64,000 nucleotides of DNA, taken from assembly GCA_902616715.1 (NCBI GenBank), contig CACMTR010000003.1:16302-80301 (forward strand). Direction: 5' to 3'. The stretch is from an uncultured SAR86 cluster bacterium. Its GTDB lineage: Bacteria > Pseudomonadota > Gammaproteobacteria > Magnimaribacterales > AG-339-G14. Under the pieces are notes generated by a model. The model saw only the letters and a program-made list of their open reading frames with translations, ran no database searches and was not told where the DNA came from. A program made the position numbers and the translations under genes. Shown in pieces: positions 10,058 through 21,008 of this stretch (its first letter is position 1; the number at the start of each line of letters is the position of its first letter).

Positions 10058-11020
10058 TTGATAAATAAAGAATTCAAACTTAGTGAAATTGCTAACCTAT
10101 TAGATTTATCTCTTGAAGGAGACCAGAATTTTAAAGTCAGCTCTATAAGTAATCTTCAACAGGCAAAAAAATCTGATATATCATTTTATTATTCAAAAAA
10201 ATTTAAAAAAGATTTAGAAAATACTAATGCTGGAGCAGTAATTTTATCTAAAAATGATGACCTGGATTCAATAGAAAATAAGCTTTTTACAGATCAGGTT
10301 CATTTAGCCTATGCCAAGTGCAGTCAGTTGTTTATGCCCAAGAGTCTAGATTTTTCTTTTAAAGGTAATGAACCAATTATTCATGAAGGGGCCATAATTT
10401 CTCCTAATAGTAATATAGAAGCAAACGTAAAAATTGAAGATGGTGTTGTTATAAAATCAGGAGTTTTTATTGGCGCCGGATCAATTATCAAAAAAAACAC
10501 TTTAATAAATTCAAATGTGTCTATTTATTCAAATTCTGTAATAGGAAGTGACTGTATTGTGCACTCTGGAACAGTCATTGGATCTGATGGCCTGGGTTTT
10601 GCAAAAAATGGAAAGAAATGGGAGAAAATTATTCATTATGGACATGTAGAAATTGGTAATTTTGTTGAATTAGGAGCTGGCTGTACTATCGATAAAGCTT
10701 CGTCTGGAAAAACTTTAATTAATGATGGAGTTAAATTAGATAATCAGATCCATTTAGCTCACAATTGCACTTTAGGAGAAAACACTATCATAGGAGCAAA
10801 TACTTCGATAGCAGGGAGTGTAAAGGTAGGTAGAAATTGTATGATAGGAGGCTTATGTGGAATAGTTGATAACATAGAAATTGTTGATGAAGTTATAATC
10901 CACCCGATGACATTTGTTACAAATAACATAAAAAATAAAGGAGTTTATTCTGGAGGATCGGTTTTAATGGAACATAAAGATTGGTTAAAAAAAATTGTAT
11001 CTGAGAGAAAAAAAAGATGA
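10058..11020 (+). CDS. lpxD: UDP-3-O-acylglucosamine N-acyltransferase
   Basis: 320 aa. N-terminal [10 protein letters not shown] aligns with E. coli IRLADLAQQL. Long hexapeptide-repeat region. TTG start; there is no in-frame ATG near the conserved N-terminus. Confidence 0.9.
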   Translation: MINKEFKLSEIANLLDLSLEGDQNFKVSSISNLQQAKKSDISFYYSKKFKKDLENTNAGAVILSKNDDLDSIENKLFTDQVHLAYAKCSQLFMPKSLDFSFKGNEPIIHEGAIISPNSNIEANVKIEDGVVIKSGVFIGAGSIIKKNTLINSNVSIYSNSVIGSDCIVHSGTVIGSDGLGFAKNGKKWEKIIHYGHVEIGNFVELGAGCTIDKASSGKTLINDGVKLDNQIHLAHNCTLGENTIIGANTSIAGSVKVGRNCMIGGLCGIVDNIEIVDEVIIHPMTFVTNNIKNKGVYSGGSVLMEHKDWLKKIVSERKKR

Positions 11021-11451
11021 ATATTGAAGAAATTAGAAAATATTTACCTCATAGGTATCCCTTTCTTCTGGTAGATAGAGTTGTTGAGTTAGAGTTAGAC
11101 AAGTACATAAAAGCATACAAAAATATTACAAACAATGAACCTTATTTTATAGGACACTTTCCTGAAAAAAGTGTAGTCCCAGGTGTCCTGATCCTCGAAG
11201 CTATGGCACAGGCATCAGGAATTTTAGGATTCAAAACTATGAGCAAAACACCTGATGAAGGATCCATGTACTACTTCGTTGGAGCAGATAATTTAAGATT
11301 TAAAAGACCGGTTATTCCTGGAGACAAATTAATTTTAGAGTCTACAAAAATATCAAGTAAAAGAGGCATATGGAAGTTTGAATGCAAAGCATCTGTTGAA
11401 GATGAATTTGTGTGCTCTGCTACAATTTTATGTGCCGATAGGCCCAAATAA
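11017..11451 (+). CDS. fabZ: 3-hydroxyacyl-ACP dehydratase FabZ
   Basis: 144 aa. [13 protein letters not shown] and [17 protein letters not shown] motifs. ATGA overlap with lpxD. Confidence 0.95.
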   Translation: MNIEEIRKYLPHRYPFLLVDRVVELELDKYIKAYKNITNNEPYFIGHFPEKSVVPGVLILEAMAQASGILGFKTMSKTPDEGSMYYFVGADNLRFKRPVIPGDKLILESTKISSKRGIWKFECKASVEDEFVCSATILCADRPK

Positions 11452-12221
11452 TGATTCATGCATCAGCAATAATAGATAAATCAGCTAAGTTAGATAAAGA
11501 TGTTTCCATAGGGCCTTATTCAGTTATTGGCGCAGATGTTGAAATAAAATCAGGATCAATAATTGGGTCTCATGCTCTTATAGAAGGACCTACTTCGATT
11601 GGAAAACATAATAAAATTTTTTCTTTTGCAACAATCGGAGGAGATCCGCAAGATAAAAAATATGATGGAGAAAAAACTTATTTAGAAATTGGAGATAATA
11701 ATATTTTCAGGGAAGGAGTAACCGTCAACAGAGGCACTGTTCAAGAGAATTCAAAAACTATCATCGGCTCTAGAAATTTATTTATGGCTTACGTTCATGT
11801 AGCCCATGATTGCATCATCGAAGACGACGTAGTGATGGTAAATAATTCAGCTATCGCCGGATGTGTAAAACTTGAAAAGGGAGTAATTCTTGGAGGGTTT
11901 AGTCTCGTACATCAATTTTGTAATATTGGAGCCCACAGTTTTTCTGCAATGGGTAGTGCAGTCTCAAAGGATGTGCCAGCATTTGTTAGGGTGAGCGGAA
12001 ACCCCGCAAAAGCAAGAGGGCTAAATACTACTGGTATAGCTAGATTAAATATGTCAAAAGAAAGCTCTTACGCCTTAAAAGAGGCTTATAAAATTTTGTA
12101 TATGAGAAAAATACCTCTAGTTGAGGCAATAAAAGAAATAAAAAAAAATTTTGATCACATACCAGAGGTTAATTTACTTCTGGATTCAATAAAAATTTCA
12201 GATAGAGGAATAGTTAGGTAA
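11451..12221 (+). CDS. lpxA: acyl-ACP--UDP-N-acetylglucosamine O-acyltransferase
   Basis: 256 aa. Hexapeptide repeats and an IHASAIID start. fabZ-lpxA-lpxB context. Confidence 0.93.
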   Translation: MIHASAIIDKSAKLDKDVSIGPYSVIGADVEIKSGSIIGSHALIEGPTSIGKHNKIFSFATIGGDPQDKKYDGEKTYLEIGDNNIFREGVTVNRGTVQENSKTIIGSRNLFMAYVHVAHDCIIEDDVVMVNNSAIAGCVKLEKGVILGGFSLVHQFCNIGAHSFSAMGSAVSKDVPAFVRVSGNPAKARGLNTTGIARLNMSKESSYALKEAYKILYMRKIPLVEAIKEIKKNFDHIPEVNLLLDSIKISDRGIVR

Positions 12222-12229
12222 ATCTAAAA

Positions 12230-13342
12230 GTGAAAATAGCTATATCCGTTGGAGAGGAATCAGGAGACATTTTAGGATCTGACCTAATTGACTCTCTAAG
12301 AGATCATAAAAATGATATTGAATTTATAGGCCTAGGCGGAGAAAAAATGAAAGAAAAGGGCCTCAAAACTTTATTTCCCTTCGAGGAGATTTCAAAAATG
12401 GGACTTATTGAGCCTCTTTTTTCTTTAAAAAATCTTCTCAGGCGAAGAAAACAGTTAATAGATTATATTATCGATGAACAACCAGATGTTTTTATTGGAG
12501 TAGATAGTCCATCTTTCAACCTTGGAATTTCCAAAAGATTAAAGTTGAAAACTAAGATAAAAACAATTCAATATGTTTGCCCTCAAATTTGGGCTTGGAG
12601 AAAAAAAAGGATAAAAAAATTTTCTAATTACCTAGATCACATTTTTTGCTTGTATAAATTTGAAACTGAGATTTTAAAAAATCATAATCTGGAATCAAGT
12701 TTTGTGGGTCACCCTTTAGCAAAAAAAATAGAATTAGAGATTAATAAAGAAAAATATAAAGATCATCTAAATTTAGATAGATCTAAAATTCATGTAGCGC
12801 TTCTTCCCGGCAGTAGAGATTCAGAAATAAAAAAACATATTGATGATTTACTTTCTATGGTAAGTCATTATAAAAATCATAACCCTAAAATAAAATTCAT
12901 ACTTGCTTTAACTAAAAATTCAAGAAAATATTGTTTTGAAGAAAAAATGAAGGAACTAGATAATTTGTCTATATTTTATGACGATTCAAAAAACGTTTTG
13001 TCAGCTTGTGATTTTTCAATTATAGCTTCTGGAACAGCAACTCTTGAAGCCGCACTATGTAAAACACCCATGTTTGTAATATACAAAACTAATTTTTTGA
13101 GCTATTTCATTTTATCAAGATTAATTTATTCAAAATTTATCTCCCTTCCGAATATTTTAAGTGAAAAGAAAATAGTTAAAGAATTACTTCAATCTCAAGT
13201 CAATTTTGATAATCTCGTTTCTGAACTTGATATTTTAATGAATGAAGATAATGAAGAAATGAAATTAAATTTTGAGAATCTTCATAGAGCATTAATCAAT
13301 GACAACCAGTCTAAATTTTTTTCTGTGATAGAGTCGATATAA
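12230..13342 (+). CDS. lpxB: lipid-A-disaccharide synthase
   Basis: 370 aa. N-terminal KIAISVGEESGDILGSDLI matches the LpxB ...AGE.SGD.LG motif. GTG start. Confidence 0.9.
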   Translation: MKIAISVGEESGDILGSDLIDSLRDHKNDIEFIGLGGEKMKEKGLKTLFPFEEISKMGLIEPLFSLKNLLRRRKQLIDYIIDEQPDVFIGVDSPSFNLGISKRLKLKTKIKTIQYVCPQIWAWRKKRIKKFSNYLDHIFCLYKFETEILKNHNLESSFVGHPLAKKIELEINKEKYKDHLNLDRSKIHVALLPGSRDSEIKKHIDDLLSMVSHYKNHNPKIKFILALTKNSRKYCFEEKMKELDNLSIFYDDSKNVLSACDFSIIASGTATLEAALCKTPMFVIYKTNFLSYFILSRLIYSKFISLPNILSEKKIVKELLQSQVNFDNLVSELDILMNEDNEEMKLNFENLHRALINDNQSKFFSVIESI

Positions 13343-13347
13343 ATATT

Positions 13348-13911
13348 TTGGAAGAATTTATTGCAGGTGTTGATGAAGTTGGAAGGGGAAGCCTAGTCGG
13401 ACCTGTAGTTGCAGCTGCGGTAATATTGGGAAGAGCTAAAATTTCTCAGCTTAAAGACTCTAAAAAGCTATCTGAAAGTAAAAGATCTGAGATTGCCCAA
13501 GAAATTAAAAAAAAAGCTAAATCTATTTCTATCGGAGTTGTTTCCTCAAAAATGATAGACAAAATTAATATTAAAAGAGCTTCAATTTTAGCAATGCAAA
13601 AAGCCGCGATTAATTTAAGTTACCGCCCTAAAAAAATAATAGTGGATGGAGTAGATACTTTTGAATCAGAATTTCCCTTAATTTCTGTGATTAAAGCAGA
13701 TAACTTTATTCCTGAAGTTATGGCGGCCTCAATTATTGCAAAAGTTTATAGAGATGAGTTGCTTAAAAAACTAGATAAAAAGTATCCAGAATTCTATTTC
13801 TCGTCTCACAAAGGTTATCCAACAAAAAAACATATAGAAGCTATTAACACTTATGGAATAATAAAAGAACATAGGAAGTCTTTTAGTCCAATCAAAAATA
13901 TAAATGAATAA
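13348..13911 (+). CDS. rnhB: ribonuclease HII
   Basis: 187 aa. IAGVDEVGRGSLVGPVV catalytic N-terminus. TTG start. Confidence 0.92.
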   Translation: MEEFIAGVDEVGRGSLVGPVVAAAVILGRAKISQLKDSKKLSESKRSEIAQEIKKKAKSISIGVVSSKMIDKINIKRASILAMQKAAINLSYRPKKIIVDGVDTFESEFPLISVIKADNFIPEVMAASIIAKVYRDELLKKLDKKYPEFYFSSHKGYPTKKHIEAINTYGIIKEHRKSFSPIKNINE

Positions 13912-16900
13912 ATTTTGTCATTTAAGCTTACATTCTGAATATTCTATTAATGATGGTCTTATCAGTATGGCAGATCTTGCGCAAAAGACATCTGATCTTG
14001 GTTACGAATCTGTTGCAATAACAGACAATTCTAATCTTTTTGGATTTGTAAATTTTTATCAGACTATGAGAGAAAATGGTATTAAACCTATTTGTGGTTC
14101 CGAAATGACTTTGGAAGGGGAAAACTCTAAAGGTCAATTAACTTTATTAGCTAAAGACTTAGAGGGTTATAAAAACCTCATGAAATTGATATCTCATGCC
14201 AACACTCATGGAAAAAGAAATAAAGAATGTTTTATAAATATAGAAATTTTAAAAGAAAATAAAGATGGCTTAATTATGTTTACAGGAGGTCTTGAAAGTC
14301 AGATAGCCAATTCAGTTTTGGCAGATAAATTTGATTTAGCAGAGAAACAAGCTCGATTTTTAAAAGATATCTTTCAAGAGAATTTTTTTTTAGAAATTAC
14401 AAGGGTTGGTTTCGAAAATGAGGAAAAGTGTAATAATTCTCTTATAGAGATATCAAAATCTTCGGATATTCCGTTAATAGCATCAAATAGAGTCAGATTT
14501 TTAAATCAAAACGATTTTGAATCTCATGAAACAAGAGTAAGTATTCAATCTGGATATGTATTGAGTGATCCCAGAAGAAAACGGGGTTATCAGGAAAATC
14601 AATATCTGAAATCGTTTGAAGAGATGCAAAATTTATTTAATGATATTCCGGAAGCGATAGACAATGCTTTTGAAGTTTCAAAAAAGTGTAATCTTGAAAT
14701 TAAAACAGGTATTTATGTTTTGCCTGATTTTGAAACTCCTGATGAGTTAAAAGAATCTGAGTATTTAAGAAAATTATCTGAGAAGGGGATTCTTGAAAAA
14801 ACTAAATTAAATAATCTCAAAGAATTGCCTTCAGAGTACTTAGATAGATTCAATTATGAACTAGATACTATTTTAGAAATGGGCTATGAAGGTTATTTTT
14901 TGATTGTAGCCGATTTTGTAAATTGGGCTAAAAACAATGATGTTCCTGTAGGCCCTGGTCGTGGATCTGGCGCAGGATCTCTTATAGCTTATGCTTTAGG
15001 AATAACTGGATTAGATCCAATGAAATATGACCTTTTATTTGAAAGGTTTTTAAATCCAGACAGAATAAGTAATCCTGACTTTGATATTGATTTTTGCAGA
15101 GATGGCAGGGAAAAGGTCATAGAATACGTTACTAATAAATATGGAAAGCATGCTGTAGCTCAGATTTGCACGTTTGGAACTATGGCAGCAAGAGCTGTTG
15201 TTAGGGACGTAGCTAGAGCTCAAGGAAAGTCTTATAGCCTAGGGGATAAAATTGCAAAACTTATACCCTTTAGCCCTGAAATGACTTTAGAAAGGGCTAT
15301 AAAAGAAAGCAAAGATCTAAAACAAATTTTAAAAATTGATGAAGATGCTTCAGAAATATTCGATATGGCACTTAAATTGGAAGGTACAACCAGAAGCGTT
15401 GGCAAGCATGCAGCAGGAGTAGTAATAGCTCCTTCAGCAATAAACGATTATTCGCCTTTATATCTTGATGCAGATACATTTGACGAAAATGCTCTACAAA
15501 GCTACGCCACTCAATACAGTATGGAGGACATTGAGGCAGTAGGTTTACAAAAATTTGATTTTTTAGGATTAAAGACTTTAACAGTGATTAACAATGCTTT
15601 ACTACAAATAAACGATTTTAGAAATTCAATTAACCTGGAACCAATTAATTTAGATGATTTAGATTTAGACGATAAAGGGGTTTTTGCATTACTTCAGAAA
15701 GGAATCACAACAGCAGTTTTTCAAATGGAATCGAGAGGTATGCGAGAGTACTTAATAAAATTAAAACCTAATAACTTTGAAGATATTATTGCCATGATCG
15801 CACTTTACAGGCCTGGGCCTTTAGAAATGAAAATGGTGGACACCTATATTGATAGAAAAAATGGAATAGAAAAAATTGACTATTCAAAAGATAGCGAAGT
15901 TGAGAAGATTTTAAAGAGTACTTATGGAGTTATTGTTTATCAAGAACAAGTCATGCAACTAGCCCAAGAATTCTCAGGTTTTACTCTTGGACAGGCAGAT
16001 ATTCTTAGAAAGGCCATGGGAAAGAAAATTCCTGAAGTCATGGAGAGTCAGAGAGAAAGTTTTATAGAAGGAGCTCAAAATAAAAATAAAGTTAAAAGAG
16101 TTGCTGAAGATCTATGGGATCAAATTGAAACATTTGCCGGTTATGGATTTAATAAATCTCACTCTGCGGCATATGCACTAATTTCTTATCAAACTGCGTG
16201 GCTTAAATCACATTATCCATCACAATTTATGGCATCTGCATTATCATCCGAACTTGATGACACTGATAAAATTAAAATTCTTATAGATGACTCTCATTCG
16301 TTGGGACTAAAAATTAATCCACCAGACATCAATAAAAGTTCAAAAAATTTTATTTCTCTAAATGAAGAAAATATTTTATTTGGTCTTGGCGCAATAAAGG
16401 GCGTAGGAGATTCAGCTATAGAAAATATAATTGAAGAAAGAAATAAGGGGGACTTTAAAAGTCTAAAAGATTTTTGTTTTCGAGTGGATTTATCTAGGGT
16501 AGACAAACGATGTCTAGAGCCTCTAATAAAAAGCGGAGCAATGGATATATTTTCTGTGGATAGATTTAAACTTTTAGACCAGATGGAAGATATTCTAAAA
16601 CTGGCAAGACAAGAGCTTGAAAACCTTGAAAACGGTCAGACTGACATGTTTGGAGTTCAAGAATTTTCTCTTCAAGAGAAAAAGGAATTGGATGAAGTTT
16701 ATAATTCAAATGAAACTTCTAAGTTAGAATTTGAATCTTTAGGCTATCATCTTCAACATCATCCAGTTGATGAAAATCTTTGGGAATTGGAACAAATATC
16801 TCCAGTAAAAATTAAAGATCTTGTACTAGGCAAAAATCATCAAAGATGCTGCGGAGTTATTATTTCCCATAACAGAATTCAAACAAGAAGGGGCGCTATT

Positions 16901-17374
16901 GTTTTTGCTACTTTGGATGATAATTCCGACAGAATAGAGCTAACTATAAACCAAGAAGTCCTTGACCAATCTAACTTATCTTTTAATGGTCATGAAATTA
17001 TAATTGCAGATGGAGAGGTTATCGAAGAAAGTATGGAAAAAATCAAACAATTTGGATTGGCAAAAAAGATGAGAGTTGCAAAATTATATACTTTGGAGGA
17101 GGCAAGAATAAAATTTGCCAGAAAATTATTAATTAATGTTTCAGAAAACCAGCCAAAAAAAATTGAAAAATTAATTGAAAACCTACAAAATTTTTCTTTA
17201 GAAAAAACATCAGATGGTTGCCCAGTTGAATTAAATTACCATACCAAAGACGGAAAAGTAGGAATGGATCTAAGAGAAGACTTTAATATTTCTTTAACTA
17301 ATGATAATTTTGACGTTTTAAAGAGGACCTGTGGGATAAAAAACATAGATTTACAATACTATTTGAGACATTAG
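13904..17374 (+). CDS. dnaE: DNA polymerase III alpha subunit
   Basis: 1156 aa. PHP domain HLSLHSEYS, GPGRGSGAGSLIAYALGIT, and FNKSHSAAYA. 8-nt overlap with rnhB. Confidence 0.97.
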   Translation: MNKFCHLSLHSEYSINDGLISMADLAQKTSDLGYESVAITDNSNLFGFVNFYQTMRENGIKPICGSEMTLEGENSKGQLTLLAKDLEGYKNLMKLISHANTHGKRNKECFINIEILKENKDGLIMFTGGLESQIANSVLADKFDLAEKQARFLKDIFQENFFLEITRVGFENEEKCNNSLIEISKSSDIPLIASNRVRFLNQNDFESHETRVSIQSGYVLSDPRRKRGYQENQYLKSFEEMQNLFNDIPEAIDNAFEVSKKCNLEIKTGIYVLPDFETPDELKESEYLRKLSEKGILEKTKLNNLKELPSEYLDRFNYELDTILEMGYEGYFLIVADFVNWAKNNDVPVGPGRGSGAGSLIAYALGITGLDPMKYDLLFERFLNPDRISNPDFDIDFCRDGREKVIEYVTNKYGKHAVAQICTFGTMAARAVVRDVARAQGKSYSLGDKIAKLIPFSPEMTLERAIKESKDLKQILKIDEDASEIFDMALKLEGTTRSVGKHAAGVVIAPSAINDYSPLYLDADTFDENALQSYATQYSMEDIEAVGLQKFDFLGLKTLTVINNALLQINDFRNSINLEPINLDDLDLDDKGVFALLQKGITTAVFQMESRGMREYLIKLKPNNFEDIIAMIALYRPGPLEMKMVDTYIDRKNGIEKIDYSKDSEVEKILKSTYGVIVYQEQVMQLAQEFSGFTLGQADILRKAMGKKIPEVMESQRESFIEGAQNKNKVKRVAEDLWDQIETFAGYGFNKSHSAAYALISYQTAWLKSHYPSQFMASALSSELDDTDKIKILIDDSHSLGLKINPPDINKSSKNFISLNEENILFGLGAIKGVGDSAIENIIEERNKGDFKSLKDFCFRVDLSRVDKRCLEPLIKSGAMDIFSVDRFKLLDQMEDILKLARQELENLENGQTDMFGVQEFSLQEKKELDEVYNSNETSKLEFESLGYHLQHHPVDENLWELEQISPVKIKDLVLGKNHQRCCGVIISHNRIQTRRGAIVFATLDDNSDRIELTINQEVLDQSNLSFNGHEIIIADGEVIEESMEKIKQFGLAKKMRVAKLYTLEEARIKFARKLLINVSENQPKKIEKLIENLQNFSLEKTSDGCPVELNYHTKDGKVGMDLREDFNISLTNDNFDVLKRTCGIKNIDLQYYLRH

Positions 17375-18322
17375 ATGGCCTATACATACCTAGAATTTGA
17401 AAAACCTATTAGCGATCTCGAAAGCAAAATAGAGAACCTAGAAACTTCCTCAAAGAATGAAAATGTTGTTTCTAAAGAAATATCTGATATTAGTAATCAA
17501 ATTGAATCAATTACTAAAGAAATCTATAGCAAGTTGGATATTTGGCAGAAGGTTCAAGTTGCAAGGCATCCGCATAGACCTCATTTTTCTGATTACATAG
17601 AAAATATTTTTACAGACTTTGACGAGTTACATGGCGATAGAACCTTTGGAGACGATAGAGCTATTATTGGCGGCTTAGCAAAATTTAAGAATACGCCAGT
17701 TGTTCTATTAGGGCACGAAAAGGGAAAAAGTACTGAAGATAAGTTGAATAGAAACTTTGGTATGGCCCAACCAGAAGGTTATAGAAAAGCTGAGAGGCTT
17801 ATGAAACTTGCTGAGGATTTTAACTTGCCACTTATAACTTTTGTAGATACTCCTGGAGCTTATCCTGGTATTGAAAGTGAGGAGAGGGGAATGAGCGAGG
17901 CAATAGCTAAGAACCTTAGCATCCTATCGAATTTAAAAACCAGAATAATTGTAATTATTACGGGTGAGGGAGGTTCAGGAGGAGCTTTGGCGATAGGGGT
18001 TGGAGATCATATTTGTATGTTGGAATATTCAATTTATGCTGTTGCTTCGCCAGAAGCTTGTGCTTCAATTGTTTGGAGAGATAAATCGAAGGCTAATGAA
18101 GCAGCCAAAGCAATGAAAGTTGATGCTGAAAGTTTAATTAAATTTGGATTAATAGATGAAGTAATTTCAGAGCCTTTAGGAGGCGCTCATAGAGATTTAG
18201 GTGGGTCATGTCATTTGATAAGTAATTCTATTGAAAAAACACTTAATAATTTGAATGCTCAAGACATAGATGAAATTCTAAAAAGAAGATATGAAAAAAT
18301 TATGTCTTATGGCTTGGTTTGA
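17375..18322 (+). CDS. accA: acetyl-CoA carboxylase carboxyltransferase alpha subunit
   Basis: 315 aa. FVDTPGAYPG and GEGGSGGALA motifs. Starts immediately after the dnaE stop. Confidence 0.95.
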   Translation: MAYTYLEFEKPISDLESKIENLETSSKNENVVSKEISDISNQIESITKEIYSKLDIWQKVQVARHPHRPHFSDYIENIFTDFDELHGDRTFGDDRAIIGGLAKFKNTPVVLLGHEKGKSTEDKLNRNFGMAQPEGYRKAERLMKLAEDFNLPLITFVDTPGAYPGIESEERGMSEAIAKNLSILSNLKTRIIVIITGEGGSGGALAIGVGDHICMLEYSIYAVASPEACASIVWRDKSKANEAAKAMKVDAESLIKFGLIDEVISEPLGGAHRDLGGSCHLISNSIEKTLNNLNAQDIDEILKRRYEKIMSYGLV

Positions 18323-18325
18323 TAA

Positions 18326-19291
18326 TTGATTGAACCAAAATCTTTGATAATTCCTCATTTAGAAGCGCAGAAAACATGCTATGTTGCATACAGTGGAGGG
18401 GTTGACTCTACTGTTTTACTTTACGAAGTCGGGGAAGCAGCTAAAGATTTAAAATGCAACGTTGTGGCAATACACATTAATCATGAGTATTCTAAAAATT
18501 CAAAGCGATGGGAAAAGCATTGTGAAAGTTTTTGTAAAAATTATGGATTTGAGTTTAAAAAATTTTCTTTCAATTCAAATACCTTAAAGGGTTCAAGTCT
18601 TGAATCTTTGATGAGAGAAGAAAGATATAAAATTTTTGAAAAAGTTTTGAAAAAAGATGAAATTTTATTTATGGGTCACCACTTAGATGATCAAATTGAA
18701 ACATTATTTTTTAGAATGTTAAGAGGTTCTGGTTTAAAAGGTTCCTCTTCTATCCCTATGAAAAGAGGCTTGGGCAATGGTTTTTTAGTGAGACCTTTTC
18801 TTAAATTGGCAAAATACGATCTTATTGAAATAGCAAAAAATAAAAAATTAAAATACGTTGAAGATGATTCGAACGACGACATTAAATTTGATAGAAATTA
18901 TTTGCGTAAGGAAGTTTTAACTAAAATTTCTGAAAGGTGGCCTAATTATAGAAAGAGTTTTTCAAAATATATTGATAACCATAAGACTTCTTACGAATTT
19001 TTAAGGGAAACTTCAACTCAGGAACTCAAAAATATTTTAGATGGAGAAAATATTAGGCTTGATAAATTAAAGGAATATGAATCCAATTACCAAAAGATAT
19101 TAATTTTAAATTGGTTAGAATTAAAAAAATGTAAATTACCAAATTCTCAAGTTCTAGATGAATTAACAAATACTTTTTTAAATGCTAATAAATCAAGTCA
19201 ACCCAAATTTATCTGGGGCTCCAAAGAGAAGGGCAATTACGTTTGTTTGAGAATAAAAAAAGGGATTTTGTTCAAGGAATCTAATCTATAG
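18326..19291 (+). CDS. tilS: tRNA(Ile)-lysidine synthase
   Basis: 321 aa. PP-loop VAYSGGVDS. Position after accA as in Pseudomonas and E. coli. TTG start. Confidence 0.88.
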   Translation: MIEPKSLIIPHLEAQKTCYVAYSGGVDSTVLLYEVGEAAKDLKCNVVAIHINHEYSKNSKRWEKHCESFCKNYGFEFKKFSFNSNTLKGSSLESLMREERYKIFEKVLKKDEILFMGHHLDDQIETLFFRMLRGSGLKGSSSIPMKRGLGNGFLVRPFLKLAKYDLIEIAKNKKLKYVEDDSNDDIKFDRNYLRKEVLTKISERWPNYRKSFSKYIDNHKTSYEFLRETSTQELKNILDGENIRLDKLKEYESNYQKILILNWLELKKCKLPNSQVLDELTNTFLNANKSSQPKFIWGSKEKGNYVCLRIKKGILFKESNL

Positions 19292-20963
19292 ATTTATTGA
19301 TACCGCTAATTATTGCTTCAAAAGAAGCTGCAACAGTATTTGAATTGATTCCAATTCCCCAGAAAGTTTTACCTTCTATAGATATTTCTATATAAGCTGC
19401 AGCTGATGCATCTGCGCCAGAGGAAATAGCATGTTGATGATAATCTGATATTTTTATCGGCGAATGCAGTAATTCACTTAGAGCATTAATACAGGCTTCA
19501 ATAGGACCGTTACCTTCACCGTTAATTTCAATTTCTTCTCCCTTAAAATTTACATTGAGTTTTAAAACATCAGAATTAGTCTTTTTTGAAGAGTTTTCTG
19601 AGCTTATGTTATGACTCAAATATTTTAAACTCGTTCCAACGTCAATATAATTTTTTCTAAATTCTTTCCAAATTTCCTCAATTTCAATTTCTTTACCACT
19701 ATCGTCTGTTATTTCTTGGATAACTTTAGAGAAATCAATTTGTAATCTTCTAGGCAGCGACAGACCATGATCTTTTTCTAGTAAGTATGCGACGCCACCT
19801 TTACCAGATTGACTATTTATCCTAATTACGGCTTCATAAGTTCTTCCTACATCTTCAGGATCAATAGGCAAATAAGGAACAGCCCATTTTGGATCGTTTG
19901 ACTCCCGCATAGCCTCAAAACCCTTTTTGATGGCATCTTGATGGGATCCAGAGAAAGCAGTAAAAACTAAATCACCAGCATAAGGATGACGAGGATGAAC
20001 AGGTAATTGATTACAATATTCTACCTCTCTCATAACTTTGTTGATGTCAGAAAAATCTAACTTTGGATCTACTCCTTGAGTAAGTTGATTAAGAGCCAAA
20101 GACACAATATCAACATTCCCAGTTCTCTCTCCATTACCAAATAGAGTTCCTTCAATCCTATCAGCTCCAGCCATAAGTCCTAGCTCAGCTGCAGCAACGG
20201 CTGTTCCTCTATCATTATGTGGATGGAGACTAAGTAATATATTATTTCTATCATTAAGATTTTCTGACATCCATTCTATTTGATCCGCATAAATATTCGG
20301 CGTGGATAATTCAACTGTTGCTGGTAAATTCATAATGGTCTTTTTTGATTTAGTAGGCTCCCAGATTTCATTAACTTTGTTACATACTTCTAGAGCATAT
20401 TCCAACTCTGTTCCAGTAAAACTTTCAGGACTATATTGAAATTGCCAATTTATACCACTCATTTCAGAAGATAAATTTTTTACTAACTCAGCCCCATCGG
20501 TCGCTATCTTTGTGATACCTCTTTTATCTTTATTAAAAACAACTTTTCTTTGCAATGTTGAGGTTGAATTGTAAAGATGAATAATTACATTTTTGCAATC
20601 CGCAACAGATTCAAAAGTTTTTTTTATTAAATGTTCTCTTGCTTGGGTAAGAACCTGTATTTGAACGTCGTCGGGTATTAGTTTCTGTTTAACTAATTCT
20701 TTAACGAAATTAAACTCAGTATCTGAAGCTGATGGAAAGCCTATCTCAATTTGTTTAAATCCTAGTTCTACAAGCATTGAAAAGAATCTAAGTTTTTTTT
20801 CAATGCCCATAGGCTCAATTAAAGCTTGATTTCCGTCTCTTAAATCAACACTGCACCAAATAGGAGGTTTAACCACCTGACTTTCTGGCCATTTTCTTTC
20901 TTTCAGCTCTATTTTTTTAAATGCAGAATATTTAGAAGCTGAGCTATTTATAATTTCTTTCAA
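19281..20963 (-). CDS. leuA: 2-isopropylmalate synthase (long, Pseudomonas/actinobacterial type)
   Basis: 560 aa. PIWCSVDLRDGNQALIEPM and LHPHNDRGT motifs, plus a C-terminal regulatory domain. TTG start. The 3' end overlaps tilS by 11 nt. Confidence 0.93.
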   Translation of the reverse strand: MKEIINSSASKYSAFKKIELKERKWPESQVVKPPIWCSVDLRDGNQALIEPMGIEKKLRFFSMLVELGFKQIEIGFPSASDTEFNFVKELVKQKLIPDDVQIQVLTQAREHLIKKTFESVADCKNVIIHLYNSTSTLQRKVVFNKDKRGITKIATDGAELVKNLSSEMSGINWQFQYSPESFTGTELEYALEVCNKVNEIWEPTKSKKTIMNLPATVELSTPNIYADQIEWMSENLNDRNNILLSLHPHNDRGTAVAAAELGLMAGADRIEGTLFGNGERTGNVDIVSLALNQLTQGVDPKLDFSDINKVMREVEYCNQLPVHPRHPYAGDLVFTAFSGSHQDAIKKGFEAMRESNDPKWAVPYLPIDPEDVGRTYEAVIRINSQSGKGGVAYLLEKDHGLSLPRRLQIDFSKVIQEITDDSGKEIEIEEIWKEFRKNYIDVGTSLKYLSHNISSENSSKKTNSDVLKLNVNFKGEEIEINGEGNGPIEACINALSELLHSPIKISDYHQHAISSGADASAAAYIEISIEGKTFWGIGINSNTVAASFEAIISGINKSID

Positions 20964-21008
20964 TTTTATTTTTAGATTTGGATTAAAATATTATATAGGA
21001 TTAATTGA